From IMG/VR virus record IMGVR_UViG_3300019996_000002, positions 1 to 47,030 of that record: a stretch of 47,030 nt of DNA, one strand, 5' to 3'. Within the stretch, counting starts at the first letter, position 1, and each line of letters opens with the position of its first letter. The DNA comes from a virus (lineage: Duplodnaviria > Caudoviricetes). Made by a program: the position numbers and the translations under genes. The notes beneath the pieces were generated by a model. That model was not told the DNA's origin, did not search any database, and was given only the letters and a program-made list of their open reading frames with translations. This document shows, piece after piece, positions 26,670 through 35,387 of this stretch.

Positions 26670-26870
26670 ATGGCGCTGAAGGACAAGCACGGGTTTGACG
26701 TGAAGGTCGGCGACAAGGTCCGGACGCCGGACGGCGACGTCGTCGAGATTCAGGGACGCATCGGCGCCGGCAAGCGGCGCGAGTTTCGGATGGCGGACTG
26801 TGAGAAGGTCGCGCGGTCGACGCCGGTCGGCGATCTGCCGCCGGCACCAGGCGAGCAACTGTTCGCGTGA
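26670..26870 (+). CDS. Small YopX/SH3-like beta protein
   Basis: AGGAGG RBS; LKDKHGFDVKVGDKVR; stop overlaps the terL start (GTGA). Confidence 0.7.
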   Translation: MALKDKHGFDVKVGDKVRTPDGDVVEIQGRIGAGKRREFRMADCEKVARSTPVGDLPPAPGEQLFA

Positions 26871-28357
26871 CACAGGAGGAGAGCGATCGGATCTGGGCGC
26901 GGCTGAAGCGCTGGCGCGAGCATCCGATCGAGTTCGTGCGCGAGGAGTTCAAGGTCGAGCCTGATCCCTGGCAGGCCGAAGTGCTGGCGGCGTTCCCGCA
27001 TCACAACCGGCTGCTCATGAAGGCGTGCAAGGGACCGGGCAAGACGTCGGTGCTCTCCTGGCTCGGCTGGAATTTCATCGCGACCCGGCCGCATGCACGC
27101 ATCGGCGCGACGTCGATCACCGGCGACAACCTGTCTCAGAACCTGTGGCCGGAGTTCGCGAAGTGGCAGCAGCGCTCCGCGTTCCTCATGGCGACGTTCA
27201 CCTGGTCGGCGACCCAGATTGTTCACAAGCTGTATCCCGGCACCTGGTGGATCCAAGCGCGCACCTGGCCGAAGAAGGCGGACGCGCAGCAGCAGGCGGA
27301 CGCGCTCGCCGGGCTGCATGAGGATTACGCCATGTGGCTGCTCGACGAGCTGGGCGGCTATCCACAGGCGATCATGACGACGGCCGAGGCCGTGCTCGCG
27401 AGCGGCATCGAGACGAAGGTTGTCGGCTCAGGGAATCCGACACACACAACCGGACCGCTCTATCGAGCCTGCACCACAGACAAGGCCAATTGGTTCATCG
27501 TCACGATCACCGGCGACCCAGAGGATCCGAAGCGCTCGACGCGCATCAGCCTCGAGCACGCGCGACAGCAGATCGCGGCTTACGGGCGGGACAACCCTTG
27601 GGTCATGGTTAACATCCTGGGGCAATTTCCCCCCTCGAGCATCAACAGCTTGCTCGGCTCGGAGGAGGTCGACCTTGCCATGCGCCGGCATCTCCGGCCG
27701 GACGCCTACGAATGGAGCCAGAAGCGGCTCGGCGTCGACGTCGCGCGCTTCGGCGACGACCGCACGGTCATCTTCCCGCGGCAAGGGCTCGCGGCGTTCC
27801 GGCCGATCGTCATGCGAAACGCGCGGACGACCGCGATCGCGGCGCGCGTCATGGCGGCCGGCCAACGCTGGGGCGCCGAGCTGACGCTGGTCGACGATAC
27901 GGGCCATTGGGGGCATGGCGTGATCGACAACCTGATCACGGCCAACTACGCGGCGATCCCGGTCAACTACGCCGGCAAGGCGATCGACCCGCGCTACAAG
28001 AACGTCCGCGCGGAAATGTGGATGAAGGGCGCCGAGGCGATCAAGAACGGCGCGGCGCTCCCCAACATCCCCGAAATGGTCGGCGAGCTGACCGAGCCGA
28101 CGTATACCTTTGTGAATGGCGTCTTCCAGCTCGAGGACAAGGACATGGTCAAGGCGCGCATCGGCCGCTCGCCGGACTACGCGGACGCCTACTTTCAGAC
28201 TTACGCGCTGCCGGATATGCCGGGCGACATGATGGACCGGCTGGGCGTCCCGCAGCGCGACCGAGCCGCGCGCGACTTCGATCCCTACGCGACCGACGAC
28301 CGCGGCGTCTACGAGCAGAGCGGACGGGCCGCTCGAGACTTCGACCCGCTCAACTGA
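26867..28357 (+). CDS. terL: Terminase large subunit
   Basis: PDPWQ, Walker A CKGPGKT, Walker B WLLDE, GNP coupling motif, nuclease LGVDVARFGDD and SPDYADA. Confidence 0.95.
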   Translation: MTQEESDRIWARLKRWREHPIEFVREEFKVEPDPWQAEVLAAFPHHNRLLMKACKGPGKTSVLSWLGWNFIATRPHARIGATSITGDNLSQNLWPEFAKWQQRSAFLMATFTWSATQIVHKLYPGTWWIQARTWPKKADAQQQADALAGLHEDYAMWLLDELGGYPQAIMTTAEAVLASGIETKVVGSGNPTHTTGPLYRACTTDKANWFIVTITGDPEDPKRSTRISLEHARQQIAAYGRDNPWVMVNILGQFPPSSINSLLGSEEVDLAMRRHLRPDAYEWSQKRLGVDVARFGDDRTVIFPRQGLAAFRPIVMRNARTTAIAARVMAAGQRWGAELTLVDDTGHWGHGVIDNLITANYAAIPVNYAGKAIDPRYKNVRAEMWMKGAEAIKNGAALPNIPEMVGELTEPTYTFVNGVFQLEDKDMVKARIGRSPDYADAYFQTYALPDMPGDMMDRLGVPQRDRAARDFDPYATDDRGVYEQSGRAARDFDPLN

Positions 28358-28368
28358 AGGAGGACAGC

Positions 28369-28617
28369 ATGGCGAAGAAAGCAGCAGTCAAGGGCGCGCG
28401 GCCGGCGAAGCGCAAGGACGAACCGGCGCCGGAGGCGGTCTTTCGCGAGGTCGCGACCCTGACGGTCATCGACTACAACGGGCTCGCGCCGAATCAGCGC
28501 GAGGAGCTGCAGCGCTGGCTCACGGAGCGGACAACCGAGCTGCAGGGACCGCTGACCGCGATCCCGAAGCGCTACACGGCGCACTACAAGGTGCCGGCCG
28601 GCGGAGATGGGGAATGA
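28369..28617 (+). CDS. Hypothetical protein
   Basis: AAGGAGG RBS; MAKKAAVK; ATGA coupling to the next gene. Confidence 0.75.
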   Translation: MAKKAAVKGARPAKRKDEPAPEAVFREVATLTVIDYNGLAPNQREELQRWLTERTTELQGPLTAIPKRYTAHYKVPAGGDGE

Positions 28618-29846
28618 CCGACGCTGAACGGGCCAAGCTCACGACGATCCAAGCCATGATCGGCGAGCTGCTCGCGACGGCGCCGAGTTATCCGCTGATC
28701 ACCAACGTCGCCGACTTCGACAAGGCGCTCGCGGAAGCGGCGACCGGCGCGACGCTCCGGCTCTCGAACGGCTTCGCCTACGACAAGCTGCTCGACGTGA
28801 CGAAGCCGATCAACATCATCGGCGAGACATCAGGGCTCGGCCGCATCGGCATGAAAGACCCGGCGCCGATGTTCGCGGCCGGCGCGCGGCTGCGGAGCGA
28901 CGACATTACGCTGCTCGGGCTCGAGCTGCGCCATGTGGTGACGACGACTGACATTGTCGGCAACGTCGGCGCGCGCCTGGTCATGGATCGGTGTCGCGTG
29001 CTCGGCGACCCGCTGAAGGGCGCCAAGCGCGGCATCGCAGCGAACGGCGCCGGCGCGCAAGCGTTCCGACGCTGCTACGTGGCTGACATCTTCCAGCCGG
29101 CGCAGGACACACAAGCGATCTGTGCCTGGGACTGCGAACCAGGGATCACGATCGAGGACTGCTACCTCGAGGCAGCCGGGCAGTCGTTCATGGCGGGCGG
29201 CGCGGACAGCTCGAGCGAGGAGCGCTCGCCGAGTCAGATCCGGATCGTCGGCTCGCACCTGACGAAAAATCCGTTGTGGTTCGGGATGAAGCAACAGATC
29301 AAGTGCGCGCTCGAGCTGAAGAACGCGACCGAGGTCGAGGTCGACGACTGCATCCTCGAGTATGGCGGCATCAGCCAAGGGCAGGGCGCCTACTTGATCG
29401 TTGTGACGCCGCGGAACCAGGGCGGGAAAGCTCCCTGGTCCGCAGTCGGCGACGTCGTCATCTCGGACTGCACCGGCGGCCACGCCGGCGGGATCATGAA
29501 CGTCCTTGGCTCGGACAACAACGCGCCGAGCGGCATCGTCGAGAACGTGACGCTGCAGCATTCGACGTTCGACAACATCGACCCGAAGGGGATCACGCTC
29601 GGCTCTGGCCGGCTGTTCATGTTCGATCGGGCGCCGAAGGGCGTCACGCTGAGCGACATCAAGGTCAGCGGCCAGAACATCGCGGCGCTCGGATACTTCG
29701 ATGGCGCGATGCCTGTCGGACTGGTCGTCAACAAGATGATCCTGCCGCCGAGCAAATACGGCTGGAAGATCGACGGCGGCGGAGCTGGGCGTAAGGCGCT
29801 GCTCGCAGCGATGCCGGACGCGCAGCTCGACGACACGGTCATTTGA
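28614..29846 (+). CDS. Right-handed parallel beta-helix (pectin-lyase fold) protein; putative polysaccharide depolymerase
   Basis: ALAEA..GATLRL..G start, repeating I.I.DC/N strands, KRGIAAN, QDTQAI, YLEAAG, LELKNA, TPRNQGG.APW. Confidence 0.8.
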   Translation: MTDAERAKLTTIQAMIGELLATAPSYPLITNVADFDKALAEAATGATLRLSNGFAYDKLLDVTKPINIIGETSGLGRIGMKDPAPMFAAGARLRSDDITLLGLELRHVVTTTDIVGNVGARLVMDRCRVLGDPLKGAKRGIAANGAGAQAFRRCYVADIFQPAQDTQAICAWDCEPGITIEDCYLEAAGQSFMAGGADSSSEERSPSQIRIVGSHLTKNPLWFGMKQQIKCALELKNATEVEVDDCILEYGGISQGQGAYLIVVTPRNQGGKAPWSAVGDVVISDCTGGHAGGIMNVLGSDNNAPSGIVENVTLQHSTFDNIDPKGITLGSGRLFMFDRAPKGVTLSDIKVSGQNIAALGYFDGAMPVGLVVNKMILPPSKYGWKIDGGGAGRKALLAAMPDAQLDDTVI

Positions 29847-29857
29847 GAGGAGTCAGC

Positions 29858-30700
29858 ATGGCAAGCGATCAGATCAACCTGGCGGAAGTGGCGATCATGA
29901 ACAGCCCGGCCGTCGCGAGCTGGGCGAAGACGGTCGCGATCACGCGGATCCGCTGCACGCCGGCCGGCGGTTTCGAGCTGACGTTCGATCGAGACATTCC
30001 GGAGAGCTGGAAATGGCCGAGCAATCCCGCGGTCCCGTCCGACAATTTCCAGTTCACGGTGTGGATCGTGGTGAAGCCGAGCACGGCGCTGGCGATGGCG
30101 GCCGGGTTCGTCCAGATGTGGCAAGGCCGGCCGATGGGCGAGCCGGGCCATGCGCTGCCGCCGATCTTCGCGGTCCCGCCGGGCGACCTGGTGCCGGGCT
30201 GGCGCAACTGGTGGGGCGATCCGCGCAAGCCGTGGGGTCCGATGTCTGACTACGTCCCGCAGGCCGGAGACGCGATCGGGATGTTCATCACGGCCGGCAA
30301 CGGTCGGCTCTGCACCGGACTGGACCAGGCGACCGGGCTCTCCGTGCGCGAGCGGAGCAACGTCGTGCTGTTGACGATGCCGGCCGACGACCGCGTCGAT
30401 AACGTCTACGACGGGACCGGGCCAGTCGATCCGCCCGTGGATCCGCCGGTCGATCCTCCGCCGAGCACGGGCTCAGACCTGAAGGTGCTCACGGCGGCGA
30501 TCGTGGGGCTGACGAACGACGTCCGCGCGCTCGAGGCGGAAGTCGCCGAGCAGGAGCGCACGATCGATCAGCTGGTCATCACGGTCCAGAATCAAAACGC
30601 GCTGCTGGCTACGCTCGCCGGCAAGAAGGCGCCGGCATACGCCGGGACGGTCCGGCTGCTCGGCGTGAACGGGACCGTCAACCTGAATCCCGTTCCATGA
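29858..30700 (+). CDS. Modular protein: Trp-rich beta domain, PVDP linker and coiled coil
   Basis: GAGGAG RBS; domain ending VRERSNVV; (PVDP)3 linker; heptads. Confidence 0.75.
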   Translation: MASDQINLAEVAIMNSPAVASWAKTVAITRIRCTPAGGFELTFDRDIPESWKWPSNPAVPSDNFQFTVWIVVKPSTALAMAAGFVQMWQGRPMGEPGHALPPIFAVPPGDLVPGWRNWWGDPRKPWGPMSDYVPQAGDAIGMFITAGNGRLCTGLDQATGLSVRERSNVVLLTMPADDRVDNVYDGTGPVDPPVDPPVDPPPSTGSDLKVLTAAIVGLTNDVRALEAEVAEQERTIDQLVITVQNQNALLATLAGKKAPAYAGTVRLLGVNGTVNLNPVP

Positions 30701-31188
30701 GCTTCACGATCCGGAACGCCACGCCGGCCGACGTGCCGGCAATCGAGCGCATGGGGCTGCGGTTCGTCGGCAGCGTCGCCAAGTATGGGACGATCTTCCG
30801 CGCGACGCCGCAGTCGATGCAGACGCTGGCCGCGCTGTTCTTCGCACTCGGCGAGGATGCGGCCGTCATCATCCTGGCGGTCAACTCGGACGATCAGCCG
30901 TTCGGCATGATCGCGTGTGTCGTCGCGCCGCAGTTGATCGACGGGACGATCTACGCCGACGAAATGGTCTGGTGGGTCGATCCGGAGGCGCGATCGCTCC
31001 GCGCTGGGCCGGCTCTGCTGACCGCGGCCGAAGATTGGGCTAGGGGCAAAAACTGTTCCATGTTAAAAATGGTCGCGCCTATCCCGTCAACCGTCGGTAA
31101 CTTCTACGAGCGACTCGGGTATCAGCCGATCGAAACGGCTTACGCGAAAGGGCTCAAGGCCACATGGATCCCCTCCTCATCATCTTGA
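30697..31188 (+). CDS. GNAT-family acetyltransferase
   Basis: IRNATPADVPAI, WWVDPEAR...GPALL..AEDWAR, FYERLGY. Confidence 0.88.
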   Translation: MSFTIRNATPADVPAIERMGLRFVGSVAKYGTIFRATPQSMQTLAALFFALGEDAAVIILAVNSDDQPFGMIACVVAPQLIDGTIYADEMVWWVDPEARSLRAGPALLTAAEDWARGKNCSMLKMVAPIPSTVGNFYERLGYQPIETAYAKGLKATWIPSSSS

Positions 31189-31316
31189 TCATTCTGATCT
31201 TGTTCGGCGCTGGCGGGACTGCCTACGTCGGGCCTGTGCATGGCGTGCTGCCGGCGCTGGTGCTGATCCTGGTCGTCATCCTGGTCGTTCGGCTCGCGCG
31301 CGGAGACCGGCTGTAG
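31164..31316 (+). CDS. Small two-helix membrane protein (50 aa; DUF3309-like; not in ORF track)
   Basis: MDPLLIILIILILFGAGGTAYVGPVHGVLPALVLILVVILVVRLARGDRL; stop overlaps the next GTG. Confidence 0.7.
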   Translation: MDPLLIILIILILFGAGGTAYVGPVHGVLPALVLILVVILVVRLARGDRL

Positions 31317-31636
31317 TGGCGGCCTTCACGACGATGGCGCTGATCGGCCTGGCCGCGGCGAGCGGGATCTACGCCGGCAGCAAGCTCGCGAACAAAGGCG
31401 CGAAGAATGACGGCGGCGAGAGTCCGCACGGCTCGATCGGCGGACCAGGGCCAACGCCGCCGACCGCGCCGCCGAGCCTGGCGCTGACCAACAGCGCAGC
31501 GACAGCGACGGCCGCCAACGCCGGCACGAAGCAGCGCAAGAAGGCGCTGGCCGCCGGCACACTCACCAACGGTCCCGGCTCGAGTCAGACGCCGGCCAAG
31601 GCCAAACTGCAGCCTAAGACGCTGCTCGGCTACTGA
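31316..31636 (+). CDS. Small virion-assembly protein preceding portal
   Basis: Gly/Ala/Pro-rich and ends KTLLGY, typical of the pre-portal gene of T7/BPP-1-like podoviruses. Confidence 0.75.
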   Translation: MAAFTTMALIGLAAASGIYAGSKLANKGAKNDGGESPHGSIGGPGPTPPTAPPSLALTNSAATATAANAGTKQRKKALAAGTLTNGPGSSQTPAKAKLQPKTLLGY

Positions 31637-33420
31637 TGGCGCTCTACAGCGATCCCCGGCTTCGGCGTGTGCGCTACGAGCAGCTCGCCGGCAAGATGAT
31701 CAGCGACCGGCAAGGCGGCGGCTTCGATGGACACTGGCGCGAGCTGGGCGATTGGACGATGCCGCGGCGGACGCGCTTCTGGACCGGCGAGAAGAATCGG
31801 ACCGGCGTCGGGTTCAACCGCAACATCATCAATTCGACGGCGCGGTTCAGCGCGCGCACGCTCTCGAGCGGACTGCACGCCGGCCTGACGTCGCCGGCTC
31901 GCCCGTGGATGAAGCTGACCACGCACGATCCGCAGCTCGCCAAGCGCAAGAACGTCGCGACCTGGCTGCACGACGTCAGCTCGCGCATGCTGACGCTGTT
32001 CGCGACGACCAATCTCTACAACGTCCTGCCCCTGGTCTATCTCGACATGGGGATCTTCGCCACCGCCGGCATGGCGATCGTGCCGGACAAGCGCGACCTG
32101 TTCCGCTGTTTCTCCTACCCAATCGGCTCCTTCGCGATCGCGCAAGACGACCGCGGCAAGACGTCGACATTCACGCGGGAATACGAGCTGAGCGTCGAGC
32201 AGATCGTCGAGCAGTTCGGCGTGCTCGACAACGGGCGGGACATTGATTGGTCGCGCATCTCGAACCACGTCAAAAGCCTCTGGGACAGCGGCGACTACCA
32301 GCAGTCGATCCCCTTGGTGTGGATGGTCAAGCGGAACGAGCAGGCGGACGCGCGCAAGCTCGCGAGCAAATACCTGCCGTTTTCGTCCTGCTATTGGGAG
32401 AAGGGCAACGAGGAGCGCATCTTTCTGAAGGAGAGCGGCTACAACAACTTCCCGATCATGGCGCCACGGTGGGACATCACCGGCGAAGACAGCTACGGAA
32501 CCGACAGCCCGGGCATGATCGCGCTCGGCGACATCAAGCAGTTGCAGATCATGGAGCGGCGCAAAGGGCAGGCGATCGCGAAGTTCGTCGACCCGGCGCT
32601 CAAAGGACCGTCGTCGCTCCGGAAGCAGAAGACGAGCCTGTTGCCGGGCGATGTGACCTATGTCGACGTCCGCGAGGGCATGCAGGGGCTCGCGCCGATC
32701 CATGAGATCCGGCTCGAGGGCGTCCGCTTCCTCAGCGACGACGCGCACGGCGTCGAGTATCGAATCCAGCGGGCGTTTTACGAGGATCTGTTCCTCATGC
32801 TCGCGCGCTCGGACGACGGCCGCGGCCAGCAGCCGGCCACGGCTCGCGAGATCGATGAGCGCCATGAGGAGAAGCTGCTCGCGCTCGGGCCGGTCCTCGA
32901 GCGGACGAACGACGAACTACTCGACCCGATCGTCGACCGCACATTCTCGATGATGGTCGCGGCCAACATGATCCCTCCGCCCCCGCAGGAGCTGCAGGGC
33001 GTCCGGCTCAAGGTGGAATACATTTCGATTCTGTCGCAGGCGCAGAAGCTGGTCGGCGTCACGGGACAAGATCGGTTCCTGCAGACGACGCTCGGGCTCG
33101 CCGAGGTCTATCCGCAGGTCCGGAACAAGGTCAACGTCAACAAGGTCGTCAACAACTACGCCGACATGCTCGGCGTCGACCCGGAAATCGTCTACTCGGA
33201 CGAACAGGCCGACGCGACCACGCAGCAGCAGGCGCAGGCGGCGCAGGAAGCGCAGGACGCCGAGACGGCGCAGAAGGTCGCCAAGGCCGCGCGCGATGCG
33301 TCGCAGGCGCCGGTCACTGGCGACTCAGCGCTGAATGCGATGGTCACGGCCGCCGGCCGCGGCAACCAGATCCCGGCACAAGCGAGCGGCTCGGCGCCCG
33401 TGCAAGTGCCGGCAGCATAG
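31636..33420 (+). CDS. Portal (head-tail connector) protein, Bbp21/T7 gp8-like
   Basis: LTSPARPW.KL, PRW.....YG.DSPG..ALGDIKQLQ, TAREI.ER.EEKL..LGPVLER...ELL.P, VEYIS.L.QAQK. Confidence 0.95.
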   Translation: MALYSDPRLRRVRYEQLAGKMISDRQGGGFDGHWRELGDWTMPRRTRFWTGEKNRTGVGFNRNIINSTARFSARTLSSGLHAGLTSPARPWMKLTTHDPQLAKRKNVATWLHDVSSRMLTLFATTNLYNVLPLVYLDMGIFATAGMAIVPDKRDLFRCFSYPIGSFAIAQDDRGKTSTFTREYELSVEQIVEQFGVLDNGRDIDWSRISNHVKSLWDSGDYQQSIPLVWMVKRNEQADARKLASKYLPFSSCYWEKGNEERIFLKESGYNNFPIMAPRWDITGEDSYGTDSPGMIALGDIKQLQIMERRKGQAIAKFVDPALKGPSSLRKQKTSLLPGDVTYVDVREGMQGLAPIHEIRLEGVRFLSDDAHGVEYRIQRAFYEDLFLMLARSDDGRGQQPATAREIDERHEEKLLALGPVLERTNDELLDPIVDRTFSMMVAANMIPPPPQELQGVRLKVEYISILSQAQKLVGVTGQDRFLQTTLGLAEVYPQVRNKVNVNKVVNNYADMLGVDPEIVYSDEQADATTQQQAQAAQEAQDAETAQKVAKAARDASQAPVTGDSALNAMVTAAGRGNQIPAQASGSAPVQVPAA

Positions 33421-33430
33421 GAGGGACGTC

Positions 33431-33760
33431 ATGCGAAGGAAGATCGCGATTCTAGTAGTAGCGGTAATGGTGCTCATCGGATCCCGCGCCGATGCCGTGC
33501 TCGCGCCGCGTGTCACCGTCGCGACGACGGCGACGCTGATCTTTACCGCGCCGCTCGCCGGCGTCAGCCGCGTGTTGATCCGGAACCCTGGCGCCGTCTC
33601 GGTCTACGTCGGGCCGGCGACCGTGACGACGGCGAATGGCTTCGAGATTGCCGGCGGCGATGCGATGGCGATCAACCTGGGCTACGGCGATACGATCTAC
33701 GGCATCGTCGCCGCGTCGACTCAGGTCGTTTACACCATCATCGGAGCGAACCCGCAATGA
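33431..33760 (+). CDS. Small beta-sandwich protein with signal peptide (decoration-like)
   Basis: GGAGG RBS. MRRKIAILVVAVMVLIGSRADA signal peptide, then strands (VLIRN...VYVG...GFEI). Confidence 0.75.
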   Translation: MRRKIAILVVAVMVLIGSRADAVLAPRVTVATTATLIFTAPLAGVSRVLIRNPGAVSVYVGPATVTTANGFEIAGGDAMAINLGYGDTIYGIVAASTQVVYTIIGANPQ

Positions 33761-34317
33761 GAAAGTTTCTGCACACGGCGACGTTTGTCGTCACTCTGCT
33801 GGCTGGCGCGATGATCTGCCGGCCGGCGGCGCAGGACTACGTCAAGGGCTGGGCCACGATCACCGGCCCATTCAGCGTCAGCGGGACGCTCGCCAGTAAT
33901 GGATCGTTCGTCGAGGCAGCCGGCGGCGTGATCTTCTGGAACACGCGCGCCGTCATGGAGAGCCAGGCGGACGGGCATTGGAGTATCGAGAACAACGCGC
34001 AGACCATCGGCGCTCGGATCAAGGTCGACTCGCTGCCGACTGTCGGCTCTGGCTTCGGCACGTCGCCGGCGGTCATCGCAGGCTCGACACCGTTCGCGGG
34101 GTCGGTGAACGTTGGCACTGGCGGCGTCGCGACGTCGGGCGTGATTACCTTCAACGGCACCGCGTTTCCAAGCGCGCCGTTCTGCGTCGCCAGCACCGGC
34201 ACGGCCAATAACTTCCCGGTGAACGTCACGCCGACCACCACGCAGGTGACGCTCGTCAGCGGCGCGGCCTGGCCGGCGTCGATTCTGGTTAGCTGGATCT
34301 GCGTCAGCGCGAAGTAA
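33757..34317 (+). CDS. Fibre/spike-like beta protein with signal peptide
   Basis: MRKFLHTATFVVTLLAGAMICRPAAQ N-terminus; C-terminal GVITF...F.SAPFCVAS...VSWIC fibre-tip-like domain. Confidence 0.7.
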   Translation: MRKFLHTATFVVTLLAGAMICRPAAQDYVKGWATITGPFSVSGTLASNGSFVEAAGGVIFWNTRAVMESQADGHWSIENNAQTIGARIKVDSLPTVGSGFGTSPAVIAGSTPFAGSVNVGTGGVATSGVITFNGTAFPSAPFCVASTGTANNFPVNVTPTTTQVTLVSGAAWPASILVSWICVSAK

Positions 34318-34679
34318 TGGCACTCAACGCCGCCGACCCGCGGCAAGTCAAAGGCGCAGGCCGCCGGCAGCGCGAGCGCGAGGAGCAGCTCCGCGCGAGT
34401 GTCGCGGCCGTCATGAGCCTCGAGGCCGGCCGCCTGGTCATGTGGGAATTGCTCGAGCGGGCCGGCGTCTTCCGGTCGGTCTGGTCTCCCAACAGCGAGA
34501 TCCACTACAAGGCCGGCCGACAGGACTACGGGCATGAGCTGATGGCGACGCTGCTCGAGACCAACGAAGGGCTCTACGAGCTGATGCAGCGCGAGGCACG
34601 AGCACGCGATCGAAAGAACGACGTTACGGCCGCGGCGGAGCAAACGCCGCCGGCCGACACTGAGGGAGAGCGGACATGA
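34317..34679 (+). CDS. Bbp19-like protein
   Basis: VMS..AGR.VMW.LL..AGVF......Y.AGRQ.YG..L pattern; conserved position between portal and scaffold. Confidence 0.8.
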   Translation: MALNAADPRQVKGAGRRQREREEQLRASVAAVMSLEAGRLVMWELLERAGVFRSVWSPNSEIHYKAGRQDYGHELMATLLETNEGLYELMQREARARDRKNDVTAAAEQTPPADTEGERT

Positions 34680-35368
34680 CTGAAGCAGCAGCGGCCGGCA
34701 AGGGTTCCACCGGACCCGGCGCAGACGGCAAGACCGGCGATGAGGGCAAGACTGGCGCGAGCGGCACGACGGAGACGCCTGAGCAAAAGGCGGCGGCCGA
34801 AGCAGCAGCGACAGCGGCGGCGACCACGGCAGCGACAGCCGCGCAAAAGGTCAAGGACGACAAAGCGGCAGCCGATGCCGAAGCGGCGAAAAAATCGAAG
34901 GAGCCGCCGGACAAGTATGAGCTGAAGATCCCCGACGACGCGACCGACTGGCTCGACGCGAACGATCTCAAAGCGATCGAAGGGATCGCCAAGAAAAACA
35001 AGTGGACGCAGGAGCAGGCGCAGGGCGCGCTCGAGGAGCACGCCGAAACCCTGGTCGCGCAGTCCAAAGCGTTCCGCGCCGAGATCGAAGCTGATCCGAC
35101 CTACGGCGGCGACAACCTGGCCGAGACTCAGCGGCTCGCGACGCTGGCGATCGACCGGATCCGCCCGAAGGACACGGACCAGGGTAAAGCGCTCCGGTCG
35201 ATGCTCGCGAAAACGGGTTACGGAAACAACCTCATGGTCGTCAGCCTGTTGGCGGACATGGGAAAAATGATGGACGAGGATTCGACGCACCTGGTCGCAG
35301 GCGCCGGCAAGGGGAAACCGAAAGACCCCGCGGAAGCGCTCTACGGCAAGGAAGCGACGAAGACCTAA
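34676..35368 (+). CDS. Capsid scaffolding protein
   Basis: Low-complexity N-terminus, PDKYELK.P, TQEQAQ, DPTYGG.N, TGYGN, MDED, ALYG end; directly upstream of the capsid gene. Confidence 0.85.
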   Translation: MTEAAAAGKGSTGPGADGKTGDEGKTGASGTTETPEQKAAAEAAATAAATTAATAAQKVKDDKAAADAEAAKKSKEPPDKYELKIPDDATDWLDANDLKAIEGIAKKNKWTQEQAQGALEEHAETLVAQSKAFRAEIEADPTYGGDNLAETQRLATLAIDRIRPKDTDQGKALRSMLAKTGYGNNLMVVSLLADMGKMMDEDSTHLVAGAGKGKPKDPAEALYGKEATKT

Positions 35369-35387
35369 CGTCTCGGAGGCACACACC

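Noticed and set aside
30420-30462. Short tandem repeat encoding (PVDP)3
   Set aside because: Ordinary proline-rich interdomain linker with diverged codons; not an array or contingency locus.
31040-31110. AT-rich patch inside the GNAT gene as a late promoter for the portal operon
   Set aside because: No convincing -35/-10 pair or operator copy; cannot be supported from sequence alone.
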